A stretch of 58,334 bases of DNA. Source: Alphaproteobacteria bacterium. Lineage in GTDB: Bacteria > Pseudomonadota > Alphaproteobacteria > UBA8366 > JADFVY01. A model generated the notes under the pieces. It was given only the letters and a program-made list of their open reading frames with translations. It made no database searches and was not told the DNA's origin. Shown here piece by piece: positions 28,468 to 37,716 of the stretch. The position numbers and the translations under genes were made by a program. The DNA is taken from positions 1 through 58,334 of the forward strand of contig JBFIFO010000003.1 of NCBI GenBank assembly GCA_041602815.1, given 5' to 3'. Numbering within the stretch: position 1 is the first letter of the stretch; the number at the start of each line of letters is the position of its first letter.

Positions 28468-29451
28468 TTACGAGCCTTCAGCCAGGCTCAATGCTTTATC
28501 GACCAGCTCCTTGCCACCCGGCACGGTGGCGGCAAACTCACTGTAAATAGCGCCGCTGGCATCGATGAAGGCCTGCTTGTCGGCCTCGTTCACCTGGATG
28601 CCACCTGCCTTGAGCTTGGAGAGAAGGTCGTCCTCCATTGCGGCCGCCTTCTCGTAAACGAAGGCTTGCGTTTCCTTGGCGACTTCCTCCAGCGTCGCGC
28701 GGATGTCGGCAGGCAGCTTCGCCCACCGCGCCTTGCCCACCGCGACATAGGCCGGCGTGTATACGTGGCCGGTCAGCGACATATACTTCTGCACTTCCTG
28801 GAATTTCGCGCTGTAAATCTGCGCGAAGGGGTTCTCCTGGCCGTCGATGACGCCGGTCTGGAGCGCGGTGAACACCTCGGAGAACGCCATCGGTGTCGGG
28901 TTCGCGCCGTAGGTCTGGAACATCTTGACGCGCCATGCGCCCTTCGGCGTACGCAGCTTGATACCTTGCAGGTCCGCCGGTCTCTGGATCGGCCGCTGGT
29001 TATTGGTGATATGCCGGAATCCATTCTCCCACACCGCGATTATCTGGTACCCTTTGGACTCAGCCGCCGGCGCCAGCTTGCTCCAGAAGATCTCGCGCTC
29101 GATGCGGCCCATATGGTCGCGGTTCTTCACGAGATATGGCATCTCAAAGAGACCGAACTCATCGGTGACCGTCGACATGACGGTCGACGGAAGCGCGAAA
29201 TCAACCGTGCCCAGCTTGAGCTTCTGCAACAGTTCTTGGTCCTTGCCGAGCTGGCTGGAACCGAACACTTCGACCCTGGCCCGACCGGCCAGCCGTTCAT
29301 TGGCACGGCGGGCGAATTCGTTCGCCGAGATGTCAAACAACGAGCCCGGCGCACCAACGTGTCCGAACTTGAGAACAAGCTCTTGCGCGGCAGCCGGGCC
29401 GGCGATGCCGACCGCGAGCGCCAAACCTGCGATTAGTTTCAAAAGTCTCAT
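28468..29451 (-). CDS. dctP: TRAP substrate-binding protein
   Basis: Signal peptide; SQLG, ENGFRHIT, DLQGIKLR, FSEVFTALQTGVIDGQENP. Confidence 0.93.
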   Translation of the reverse strand: MRLLKLIAGLALAVGIAGPAAAQELVLKFGHVGAPGSLFDISANEFARRANERLAGRARVEVFGSSQLGKDQELLQKLKLGTVDFALPSTVMSTVTDEFGLFEMPYLVKNRDHMGRIEREIFWSKLAPAAESKGYQIIAVWENGFRHITNNQRPIQRPADLQGIKLRTPKGAWRVKMFQTYGANPTPMAFSEVFTALQTGVIDGQENPFAQIYSAKFQEVQKYMSLTGHVYTPAYVAVGKARWAKLPADIRATLEEVAKETQAFVYEKAAAMEDDLLSKLKAGGIQVNEADKQAFIDASGAIYSEFAATVPGGKELVDKALSLAEGS

Positions 29452-29528
29452 CTTCTCCTCCTTATTTCATGCGTTGTTGTTCTTGGTTGTGTTCCTCACT
29501 CGGCCGGCCGGCCGAGGCTCAATTACAC

Positions 29529-30707
29529 CTAGGTGTTACGGCGCTCCGACAAGAACGCCATCGCAGCCATGACACCGCCTTTGTTGTGCGGGGTCCCCGC
29601 AACTTCCAGCCCCATCTCAACGCCAGCCAGGCTTCCCATCAGCATGAGTTCGTTGAACGCGCCGAGATGTCCGATTCGGAAAATCTTGTCGGCGACTTTG
29701 CCTAGGCCCGAGCCAAGTGACATGTCGAAGCGATCCAGAATTGTCTTGCGCAATTCGTCCGCGCTGTGACCATCAGGCATGACCACCGCGGTCAACGAAT
29801 CGCTGTATTCGTCCTCGTTGACGCAGAGAATCTCCAGACCCCAGGTGCGCACCGCACGGCGCGTCGCTTCCGCAAGCCGACGATGCCGGGCGAAGACCGC
29901 ATCCAGGCCTTCCTCCTCCAGCAGCATTTTCAGAGCTTCGCGAAGACCATAAAGCAAATTCGTGGCCGGCGTGTAGGGGAAAAATCCCTTCTTGCCCGGC
30001 CCCAGCATCTCCGCCCACGACCAGTAGGATTTCGGCATGGTTGAGGCCTCGGACGCCTTCAGCGCCTTCGCACTGATAGCGTTGAAGCCGAGACCAGGTG
30101 GCAGCATCAGACCCTTTTGCGAACCGCCGACGGTGACGTCCACGCCCCATGCGTCGTGGCGGTACTCGATGGAAGCCAGCGACGAAATCGTGTCGACCAT
30201 CAGCAACGCCGGATGACGCGCTGAATCGATCGCCCGGCGCACCGCCCGAACGTTGCCCGTCACGCCGGTCGACGTTTCGTTGTGCACCACGCACACGGCC
30301 TTGATTTCTTGCCGCCTGTCCTCGGCGAGCCGGGCCTCGATCGCACCGGCGTCGACGCCGCGCCGCCAGTCTCCCGGAAGCAGCTCCACCTTGAGGCCCA
30401 GCCGGCCTGCGAGTTGCGACCATAAGGTTGCGAAATGACCGGTTTCGTACATCAACACGCGGTCGCCCGGCGACAGGGAATTGACCAACGCCGCTTCCCA
30501 GGCGCCGGTCCCCGATCCCGGGTAGATGACGACCTCGCCCTTGGTCTGGAAAACGCGTTTCATGCCTGCCACGACTTCAAGCCCGAGCGCAGCGAATTCC
30601 GGCCCGCGATGATCGATTGTCGGGTTGTCCATAGCCCGCAGAATGCGGTCTGGTACATTCGTCGGACCCGGAATTTGCAGGAAATGCCGCCCGCTGTGGA
30701 ACGCCAT
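29529..30707 (-). CDS. Class V aminotransferase (serine/alanine--glyoxylate aminotransferase family)
   Basis: GRHFLQIPGPTNVP, IDHRGP, SGTGAWE, VVHNETSTG, VDTISSL, GSQKGLMLPPG (PLP Lys), FPYTPAT, FRIGHLG. Confidence 0.93.
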   Translation of the reverse strand: MAFHSGRHFLQIPGPTNVPDRILRAMDNPTIDHRGPEFAALGLEVVAGMKRVFQTKGEVVIYPGSGTGAWEAALVNSLSPGDRVLMYETGHFATLWSQLAGRLGLKVELLPGDWRRGVDAGAIEARLAEDRRQEIKAVCVVHNETSTGVTGNVRAVRRAIDSARHPALLMVDTISSLASIEYRHDAWGVDVTVGGSQKGLMLPPGLGFNAISAKALKASEASTMPKSYWSWAEMLGPGKKGFFPYTPATNLLYGLREALKMLLEEEGLDAVFARHRRLAEATRRAVRTWGLEILCVNEDEYSDSLTAVVMPDGHSADELRKTILDRFDMSLGSGLGKVADKIFRIGHLGAFNELMLMGSLAGVEMGLEVAGTPHNKGGVMAAMAFLSERRNT

Positions 30708-30764
30708 CCAGAGACTCCCTGTGGCACTTCGGCACCGGGGCGCCGATGTTAATTTTCATAATTT

Positions 30765-30775
30765 TTGCATACAAT
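30765..30775. promoter_or_regulatory. Putative GntR operator, copy 1
   Basis: TTGCATACAAT is the reverse complement of the ATTGTATGCAA core in the tandem repeat at 30890-30921. Confidence 0.65.
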
Positions 30776-30889
30776 TTTAGGGAGTGCAACCGCCCACTCG
30801 GGCACATCACGCAAACACATTATTTTGTCCTTCCTATGCCTTATTGGAGAGCCCGGATGTTACCGGCCTCAATCCCGGCCCTTTGCCGG

Positions 30890-30921
30890 CCATTGTATGC
30901 AATATCCATTGTATGCAATAT
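30890..30921. repeat. Exact 16-bp tandem repeat; putative GntR operators 2 and 3
   Basis: CCATTGTATGCAATAT x2; each unit contains the near-palindrome ATTG-TATG-CAAT; lies in the divergent promoter region. Confidence 0.75.
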
Positions 30922-30967
30922 TAAGGTCTATAATTAACGAAATCGGTTAATCTGGACGGCGATCGGC

Positions 30968-33898
30968 ATGACCACGATGCAGCGCAGCGATGCAAGTCCG
31001 GTCGCAGACGAGGCGGGCAGTCCCCTTGCGCGCCGGCTGCGTCGCGAAACGCGCGCGGAAATACTGTTCGATCCGTTCAGCCGCGGCCGGTACAGCACGG
31101 ATGCCTCGATCTACCAGATCATGCCGGTTGGCGTAGCGGTCCCGCGATCTGCGGATGATATCCGCACGGCAATCGCTATCGCCCGCGAAGAAGGCGTGCC
31201 GGTCCTGCCTCGAGGCGCCGGTACGTCGCAATGCGGACAGACCGTGGGCACCGCCCTGGTGATCGATACCAGCAAGCATCTGCGCGACATCGTGTCGCTG
31301 GACGTGGCGCGACGGCGGGTGCGGGTGCGGCCGGGCGTTGTACTGGACCAGCTCAATGCGTTCCTGCGCCCGCACGGCCTGTTCTTCCCGGTCGACGTGT
31401 CGCCGGCCAACCGTGCGACTATCGGCGGCATGGCCGGCAACAACAGCTGCGGTTCGCGGTCGATCCGCTATGGCAACATGGTCCATAACGTGCGCTCCAT
31501 CGACGCGATCCTGGCCGACGGAACGGATGCGAATTTCGGTGACGTGCCCGGCAATCTGGAGGGGCTGGACGCGCCGGAGCGCTACATCGAGCTGATCCAG
31601 AGCATGCGGGCGTTGAGCCTCCGCAACGCGGCCGAGATCGACGCCCGGATACCCAAGCTGCTGCGCAAGGTGGGCGGATACAACATTGAGACGGTCGATG
31701 CCGCGGGCCACAATATGGCGGACCTTCTGGTCGGCTCGGAAGGCACGCTCGCCTTCTTCCACGAGATCGAGCTCGATCTGCAGCCGATACCATCGCACAA
31801 GACGCTCGGCATTTGCCATTTCCCGACGTTTCGCGGGGCGATGGAGGCAACGCAGCACATCGTGGCCTTGAATCCGTCGGCGGTCGAGCTGGTGGACCGC
31901 ACGATGATCGACCTTGCGCGTGCGATCCCGATGTTCCGCCCCGTCGTCGACCAGTTCGTGCGCGGCGAGCCGGAATCCCTGCTGCTGGTGGAGTTCGCCG
32001 GCGACGCGGCTGATGTGCAGCGTCGCGACCTGAAACGGCTGGTCGCGCTGATGGGCGACCTGGGATATCCGGACGCGGTCGTGGAGGCAACCGACCCCGA
32101 TTTCCAGCGTCAGGTGTGGGAGGTGCGCAAGGCCGGCCTCAACATCATGATGTCGATGAAGGGCGAGGGCAAACCGGTTTCCTTCATCGAGGATTGCGCC
32201 GTGCCGCTGGAGCACCTCGCCGACTACACCGAGCGGCTCAACGGAATCTTCGAGAAATACGGCACCAGCGGTACCTGGTATGCACATGCCTCGGTGGGCA
32301 CCCTGCACGTCCGACCGGTCCTGAACATGAAGGACGGGACCGATGTCCGCAAGATGCGCGAGATCGCCGAAGAGGCCTTCGCCATGGTCCGAGAGTACAA
32401 GGGGTCGTTCTCCGGCGAGCATGGCGACGGGCTGGTGCGGTCGGAGTATCTGGAGACCATGTACGGATCGCAGATCGCCCGGGCATTCGAATCCGTCAAG
32501 GATCGCTTCGATCCAGGCGGGCTGTTCAACCCGGGCAAGATCGTACGGCCGTCGAAGATGGACGACCGATCGCTGTTCCGCTATCCGCCGGATTACGCGC
32601 CGCTCCCGGTCGAAACGGCGCTCGACTGGTCGGAATGGGGCGGTTTTCCGGCCGCCATAGAGATGTGCAACAACAACGGAACCTGCCGCAAGGCGAGCCC
32701 CGGAGTCATGTGCCCTTCCTACCGGGTCACCGGCGACGAAATCCACGTCACGCGGGGCCGCGCCAACGCGCTGCGGCTGGCGATCACCGGGCAACTCGGA
32801 CCGCATGCCCTGACCGGCCCGAACATGAGAGCGGCGATGGAGCTGTGTCTCGGCTGCAAGGGCTGCAAACGCGAATGTCCGACCGGCGTCGACATGGCGC
32901 GCATGAAGTACGAGTTCCTGTATCAGTGGCGCAAGACGCACGGATTGTCCCTGCGGGAGCGGCTGGTCGCGTACATGCCGCGCTATGCCCCATGGGCGGC
33001 GCGGTTGGCGCCGCTGCTGAATCTGCGCAACCGGAGCCGGCTGCTCGCCCGGCTCGGCGAATTCCTGACCGGGTTGAGCGCTCGACGCAAACTGCCGGAA
33101 TGGCGGCGCGACGTCTTCCCGCCCGATCATCCACCCGCAGGGCCGGAGAACGGTCCTGAGGTCGTGCTGTTGGTCGATACCTTCAACACCTGGTTCGAGC
33201 CGGAAAACGCGCGCGCGGCGTTGCAGGTCCTAGCCGCCGCGGGCTACCGCGTGCATGTCGCGGTCGCCGCCGACGGCGGGCGTCCTCTGTGTTGCGGGCG
33301 GACCTTCCTCGCCGCCGGCCTGATCGAGGAGGCGCGCGCCGAGGCGCGTCGCATGGTCGCTGCGCTGCGCCCGTGGGTGGACAGGGATGTTCCGGTGATC
33401 GGCCTTGAGCCGTCCTGCCTGTTCACGCTGCGCGACGAATTCCTGGCCATGATTCCCGGTGAAGAAAGCAGGAAACTGGCCGGCAAAGCAATTCTGTTCG
33501 AGGAATTCATCGCCTCGGAGGCCACGGCCGGACGGTTCGCCCTGCAATTCGACGGGGGCCGGGTCGGCAAGGCTCTGTTGCATGGTCACTGTCATCAGAA
33601 GGCGATGGGCGCCGTGGGCCCGATCGAAAGGACCCTGACGCTGATTCCCGGGCTGCAAGTCGAGACGATTGAGTCCACCTGCTGTGGTATGGCCGGCGCG
33701 TTCGGATACGAAGCCGAGCACTACGATGTCTCGATGCGCATCGGTGAGCTGGACGTCCTGCCCGCAGTTCGCGCGGCGGGAGACGATGTTATTATCGTTG
33801 CCGACGGAACCAGCTGCCGGCATCAGATCGACGACGGTGCCGGCCGACAGGCCGTCCACGTTGCCCGGGTACTGGCGGACGCACTCGTCAAACACTGA
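30968..33898 (+). CDS. FAD-binding and (Fe-S)-binding oxidoreductase (GlcD-GlcF fusion / YdiJ-like 2-hydroxyacid dehydrogenase)
   Basis: YSTDASIYQ, PRGAGTSQCGQ, ATIGGMAGNNSCG, LVGSEGTL, SGEHGDG, CNNNGTC, CLGCKGCKRECP, LHGHCHQKA, CCGMAGAFG. Confidence 0.92.
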   Translation: MTTMQRSDASPVADEAGSPLARRLRRETRAEILFDPFSRGRYSTDASIYQIMPVGVAVPRSADDIRTAIAIAREEGVPVLPRGAGTSQCGQTVGTALVIDTSKHLRDIVSLDVARRRVRVRPGVVLDQLNAFLRPHGLFFPVDVSPANRATIGGMAGNNSCGSRSIRYGNMVHNVRSIDAILADGTDANFGDVPGNLEGLDAPERYIELIQSMRALSLRNAAEIDARIPKLLRKVGGYNIETVDAAGHNMADLLVGSEGTLAFFHEIELDLQPIPSHKTLGICHFPTFRGAMEATQHIVALNPSAVELVDRTMIDLARAIPMFRPVVDQFVRGEPESLLLVEFAGDAADVQRRDLKRLVALMGDLGYPDAVVEATDPDFQRQVWEVRKAGLNIMMSMKGEGKPVSFIEDCAVPLEHLADYTERLNGIFEKYGTSGTWYAHASVGTLHVRPVLNMKDGTDVRKMREIAEEAFAMVREYKGSFSGEHGDGLVRSEYLETMYGSQIARAFESVKDRFDPGGLFNPGKIVRPSKMDDRSLFRYPPDYAPLPVETALDWSEWGGFPAAIEMCNNNGTCRKASPGVMCPSYRVTGDEIHVTRGRANALRLAITGQLGPHALTGPNMRAAMELCLGCKGCKRECPTGVDMARMKYEFLYQWRKTHGLSLRERLVAYMPRYAPWAARLAPLLNLRNRSRLLARLGEFLTGLSARRKLPEWRRDVFPPDHPPAGPENGPEVVLLVDTFNTWFEPENARAALQVLAAAGYRVHVAVAADGGRPLCCGRTFLAAGLIEEARAEARRMVAALRPWVDRDVPVIGLEPSCLFTLRDEFLAMIPGEESRKLAGKAILFEEFIASEATAGRFALQFDGGRVGKALLHGHCHQKAMGAVGPIERTLTLIPGLQVETIESTCCGMAGAFGYEAEHYDVSMRIGELDVLPAVRAAGDDVIIVADGTSCRHQIDDGAGRQAVHVARVLADALVKH

Positions 33899-33920
33899 AG
33901 AACAGCAGGGAGGAGAGATC

Positions 33921-34646
33921 ATGAGCGAACGTGGGCCTGACCCAGCGACAGCCGGATACGCGGGACAACGTCCCCGGTCGCGCCGGCCCCTGCACGAATC
34001 GGCTGCGGACCGGTTGCGCGACATGATCGTCGAGGGCGAACTTGCGCCGGGCGAGCGGATTCGCGAACAGGCATTGTGTGACCGGCTTGGTGTGTCCCGC
34101 ACCCCGCTGCGCGAAGCGATGAAGGTGCTGGCTGCGGAAGGGCTGGTGACGTTGCAACCCAACCGGGGGGCGATGGTATCGGACCCCAGCCCGGCTGACA
34201 TCGCCGATACCTTCAAGGTGATCGGCGCGCTCGAAGCTCTGGCCGGAGAGCTTGCCTGTGAACGCGTGGATGAGAACGATGTCGCCGAAATCCGCGTGCT
34301 GCACTACCAGATGGCTCTGCACCAGACGCGCGGAGAACTGCGCGAATATTTCCGGCTCAACCAGCGCATCCACGAAAGACTGGTCGAGCTGTCGGGCAAC
34401 CGCGTCCTGATCGAGGCGCACCGGCAACTGGGCGGCCGGATCCGGCGCCAGCGGTTTGTCGCCAACAGGTCCGGTGCACGCTGGGAGCAGGCGATGCGCG
34501 AGCACGAGCAGATGCTCGATGCGCTGGCGTCACGGGATGGCCGGCGTCTGGCCGATATACTTCGACTGCATCTCGACAACAAGCTGACCGCGGCGGAGCG
34601 GTTCGATCGCGAAACCGAGAAGCCGCTCGCGCTCTTGGCAGACTAA
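33921..34646 (+). CDS. GntR family transcriptional regulator (FCD/FadR C-terminus)
   Basis: LAPGERIRE...LGVSRTPLREAMKVL HTH; NQRIHE and EHEQML of the FCD domain; RBS GGAGGAG before ATG 33921. Confidence 0.93.
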   Translation: MSERGPDPATAGYAGQRPRSRRPLHESAADRLRDMIVEGELAPGERIREQALCDRLGVSRTPLREAMKVLAAEGLVTLQPNRGAMVSDPSPADIADTFKVIGALEALAGELACERVDENDVAEIRVLHYQMALHQTRGELREYFRLNQRIHERLVELSGNRVLIEAHRQLGGRIRRQRFVANRSGARWEQAMREHEQMLDALASRDGRRLADILRLHLDNKLTAAERFDRETEKPLALLAD

Positions 34647-34741
34647 GCGAGGTGCGGCCGCCCCGCGTTGATCCGGCGACAGGATTAACGAATTCCCAAC
34701 CAGGATCGGATTGAATTGACGGGAATGTCAATTTCGCCTCG

Positions 34742-35275
34742 ATGTTGGTCATGCCGCTTGCACGATCCATCAGACCAGTTTGTCTCATCGTCGCATTGCT
34801 GACGCCATTGGCGCTGGCCGCCTGCGGCGGCGGTGAGACGGCGCGGGGCACGGTACCGGCGGCGCATCCGCCGGCACAGCCGGCCGCGCCGCCGACCAAC
34901 GTGCCCTACAAGCTGGGCAAGCCCTATGTGGTCAACGGGGTGCGCTATGTGCCGCGCGACGACCGATCGTATGACCGGGTGGGTATCGCCTCCTGGTACG
35001 GCAAGCGGTTTCACGGAAGGACGACGGCCAGCGGCCGCAAGTTCGACATGTACGAGATGACGGCGGCGCACACGACGCTGCCGACGGGCACGCAGGTCAG
35101 AGTCACGAATCTTGCCAACGGACGCTCCGTGGTCGTCACCATCACCGATCGCGGGCCGTTCACGAAAAAGCGGATCATCGACCTGTCCTACGGCGCGGCC
35201 CACCATCTCGGCTTCGTCCGTCAGGGGACGGCGCGGGTTCGCGTGACATATCACAGGCCGGCCCGGCCGGGTTGA
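34742..35275 (+). CDS. rlpA: RlpA-family (DPBB) lipoprotein without a SPOR domain
   Basis: Lipobox LAAC; YKLGKPYVVNGVRY, GIASWYG, TAAHTTLP, VTNLANGRS, DRGPF, RIIDLS. Confidence 0.85.
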   Translation: MLVMPLARSIRPVCLIVALLTPLALAACGGGETARGTVPAAHPPAQPAAPPTNVPYKLGKPYVVNGVRYVPRDDRSYDRVGIASWYGKRFHGRTTASGRKFDMYEMTAAHTTLPTGTQVRVTNLANGRSVVVTITDRGPFTKKRIIDLSYGAAHHLGFVRQGTARVRVTYHRPARPG

Positions 35276-35537
35276 ACCACAACCGCGCCGTCAGATCGAT
35301 TCTCTCGGGGCGTCAGCGTTCGAGAGTCGTCTGGATCCGCGCAACTCGGTCCGCGGGGCATCGCGTATCGGCGAAATCGGGCCGGGCCCCGCACGACTGC
35401 GGTGAACGAATCTGCGTGCCAGAGCGATCCCCCTGCATGTTATCTGTTGATTGTGCCAGCCCGTCCGGTCTTTGATGGACTCAGACCCCACCTCGGATGC
35501 GGTGTGGCGGTTGAACCACGATAAGCGGGAGGTACCG

Positions 35538-36782
35538 ATGAAACGATCTGTCCTGACATCCCTGATACTGATCGCCGGTTTCGGGGCCGGGAACGCACTG
35601 GCCCAGCCGGAGGCTGAAGTCCTGCATTGGTGGACGTCTGGCGGCGAGGCCCGTGCCGTGCAGACCCTGATGGAGGAGTTCCAACGCAATGGCGGTAAAT
35701 GGGTCGACATGCCGGTTGCCGGCGGCGGTGGGGATGCCGCCATGCAGGCGCTCCGTGCCCGTGTGCTGGCCGGCAATGCGCCGACCGCAGTCCAACTGAA
35801 GGGCCCGAGCATTCAGGAATGGTACGAGGAGGGCGTGCTCGCCGACCTCTCGGACGTCGGCGCGGCGGAGAAATGGGACACGCTCCTGCCCGGCGCGATC
35901 GCAAAGCACATGAAATGCGGTGGCAAGTACTGCGCCGCGCCGGTAAATGTGCACCGCGTGAACTGGATCTGGGCGAACACGGCGGTGCTGGCCAAGGCCG
36001 GCGTGGCCATGCCGACCAGCTGGGATGAGTTCAACAAGGCTGCGGTCAAGCTGAAGGCGATGGGCATCACGCCGCTGGCGCACGGCGGGCAGGCCTGGCA
36101 GGACGCCACCGTGTTCGAGAGCGTGCTGCTCGGCATCGGTGGTCCGGACTTCTATCAGAAGGCGCTGGTCGATCTGGATTCGTCGGCACTGAACAGCCCG
36201 ACCATGATCAAGGTCTTCGACCAGATGCGAACGCTGCGTGGGTTCGTCGACGCAAACTTCCCGGGCCGCGACTGGAACCTGGCGACGGCGATGGTCATCA
36301 ACGGCGAGGCGGCCTTCCAGATCATGGGCGACTGGGCCAAGGGCGAGTTCACCGCCGCGGGCAAGACGCCGGGCAAGGATTACCAGTGTAACCCGACCCC
36401 CGGCGCCGGCTTCCTGTACAACGTGGACAGCTTCGCCATGTTCCGGGTCTCCGGAACCGACCGCAATGCGGGACAGAAGCTGCTGGCACGACTGATCGTC
36501 GGAGAGAACTTCCAGAAGACGTTCAACCTCGCGAAAGGCTCGATACCGGCACGCCTTGGCACACCGCTCGCCGAGTTCGACTACTGCGCCCGGCGATCGG
36601 CCTATGACATGGACGTCGCCGCCAGCAGCGGAACACTGTTGCCGAGCTATGCCCATGGCATGGCGCTGCGCGGCCAGCAGGCGGGTGCGATCACCGATCT
36701 CGTAACGCAGCACTTCAATTCCGACATGGGTTCGGCACAGGCCGCCAAAATGCTGGCCGAAGCCATCGCCAACTCGTTGTAG
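35538..36782 (+). CDS. Sugar ABC transporter substrate-binding protein (glucose/mannose GtsA-like)
   Basis: RBS GGGAGG; signal peptide; EVLHWWTSGGEA, PVAGGGG, APVNVHRVNW, AHGGQAWQD, QIMGDWAKGEF. Confidence 0.9.
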   Translation: MKRSVLTSLILIAGFGAGNALAQPEAEVLHWWTSGGEARAVQTLMEEFQRNGGKWVDMPVAGGGGDAAMQALRARVLAGNAPTAVQLKGPSIQEWYEEGVLADLSDVGAAEKWDTLLPGAIAKHMKCGGKYCAAPVNVHRVNWIWANTAVLAKAGVAMPTSWDEFNKAAVKLKAMGITPLAHGGQAWQDATVFESVLLGIGGPDFYQKALVDLDSSALNSPTMIKVFDQMRTLRGFVDANFPGRDWNLATAMVINGEAAFQIMGDWAKGEFTAAGKTPGKDYQCNPTPGAGFLYNVDSFAMFRVSGTDRNAGQKLLARLIVGENFQKTFNLAKGSIPARLGTPLAEFDYCARRSAYDMDVAASSGTLLPSYAHGMALRGQQAGAITDLVTQHFNSDMGSAQAAKMLAEAIANSL

Positions 36783-36843
36783 ACCGGTTTCCGCTGCCGC
36801 CGGCGCCGCGCGTCGCGGCCCGCGGCGGCGGGACAGGTTCGCC

Positions 36844-37716
36844 ATGTCCGGTTGGCTGACCCGCAACGTCCCGAAGATCGTCGTCGCGCCGTCGCTGGCG
36901 GCGGTCCTGTTCTTCGTCTACGGGTTCATCGCCTGGACCGGCTATGTCTCGCTGACCCGCTCGCGCATCCTGCCGCGATACGACCTCGACGGGTTCGGCC
37001 AGTACGCGAAACTCTTCCGGACGCCGCGCTGGGACGTGGCGATGGAGAACCTCTTGGTGTTCGGCGTCCTGTTCATCGCCGTCTCGATAGCACTGGGTCT
37101 GCTGCTGGCGGTGCTTCTCGACCAGCGCATCCGCGCCGAAGGGGCGATCCGGACGGTGTATCTCTACCCGATGGCGTTGTCGTTCATCGTCACGGGAACC
37201 GCATGGAAGTGGATCCTCAACCCGGGCCTCGGCATTGAATCCCTGGTCCGGTCCTGGGGCTGGGACGAGTTCCGCTTCGGCTGGTTGGTCGATCCCGAGA
37301 TGGCGATCTACACCGTGGTCATCGCCGGCGTCTGGCAGGCGTCGGGCTTCGTGATGGCCCTGTTCCTTGCGGGCCTGCGCTCGGTCGATCAGGAGATCGT
37401 CAAGGCTGCCATGGTCGACGGTATCAGTCTGCCGCGCATATACGTCAGCATCATCATTCCGTCGCTGTCGCCTGTCTTCCTCAGCGCGCTCATCGTGTTG
37501 GCCCATCTCGCGATCAAGAGCTTCGACCTGGTCATCGCGCTGACCGGTGGCGGCCCGGGCTTCGCGACCGATCTTCCGGCCACCTACATGTACGCTATGG
37601 CGTTTTCGCGGGGCGATCTGGGCCAGGCGGCCGCCAGTGCGACGGTGATGATGATAACCGTGGCGGCGATCATCGTTCCCTACCTCTACTCGCAGCTGCG
37701 CGCACGCCATGACTGA
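36844..37716 (+). CDS. Sugar ABC transporter permease
   Basis: Multi-TM; LYPMALSFIVTG; EAA-like loop KAAMVDG; IKSFDLV. Confidence 0.9.
   Translation: MSGWLTRNVPKIVVAPSLAAVLFFVYGFIAWTGYVSLTRSRILPRYDLDGFGQYAKLFRTPRWDVAMENLLVFGVLFIAVSIALGLLLAVLLDQRIRAEGAIRTVYLYPMALSFIVTGTAWKWILNPGLGIESLVRSWGWDEFRFGWLVDPEMAIYTVVIAGVWQASGFVMALFLAGLRSVDQEIVKAAMVDGISLPRIYVSIIIPSLSPVFLSALIVLAHLAIKSFDLVIALTGGGPGFATDLPATYMYAMAFSRGDLGQAAASATVMMITVAAIIVPYLYSQLRARHD

Noticed and set aside
30890-30921. Tandem repeat as a possible CRISPR remnant
   Set aside because: Only two abutting 16-bp units, no spacers and no cas genes.
30921-30950. TTAA pairs resembling CtrA boxes upstream of the FAD oxidase
   Set aside because: Spacing is 9 nt, not 7; better explained as an AT-rich promoter beside the GntR operators.
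30947-33130. 727-aa minus-strand ORF, and similar shadows at 19413-20732, 27856-29436, 35481-36866, 42522-43961, 45777-47324, 47228-48730, 51372-52754
   Set aside because: Each lies antisense to a well-supported gene and has the low-information composition typical of GC-rich shadow ORFs.
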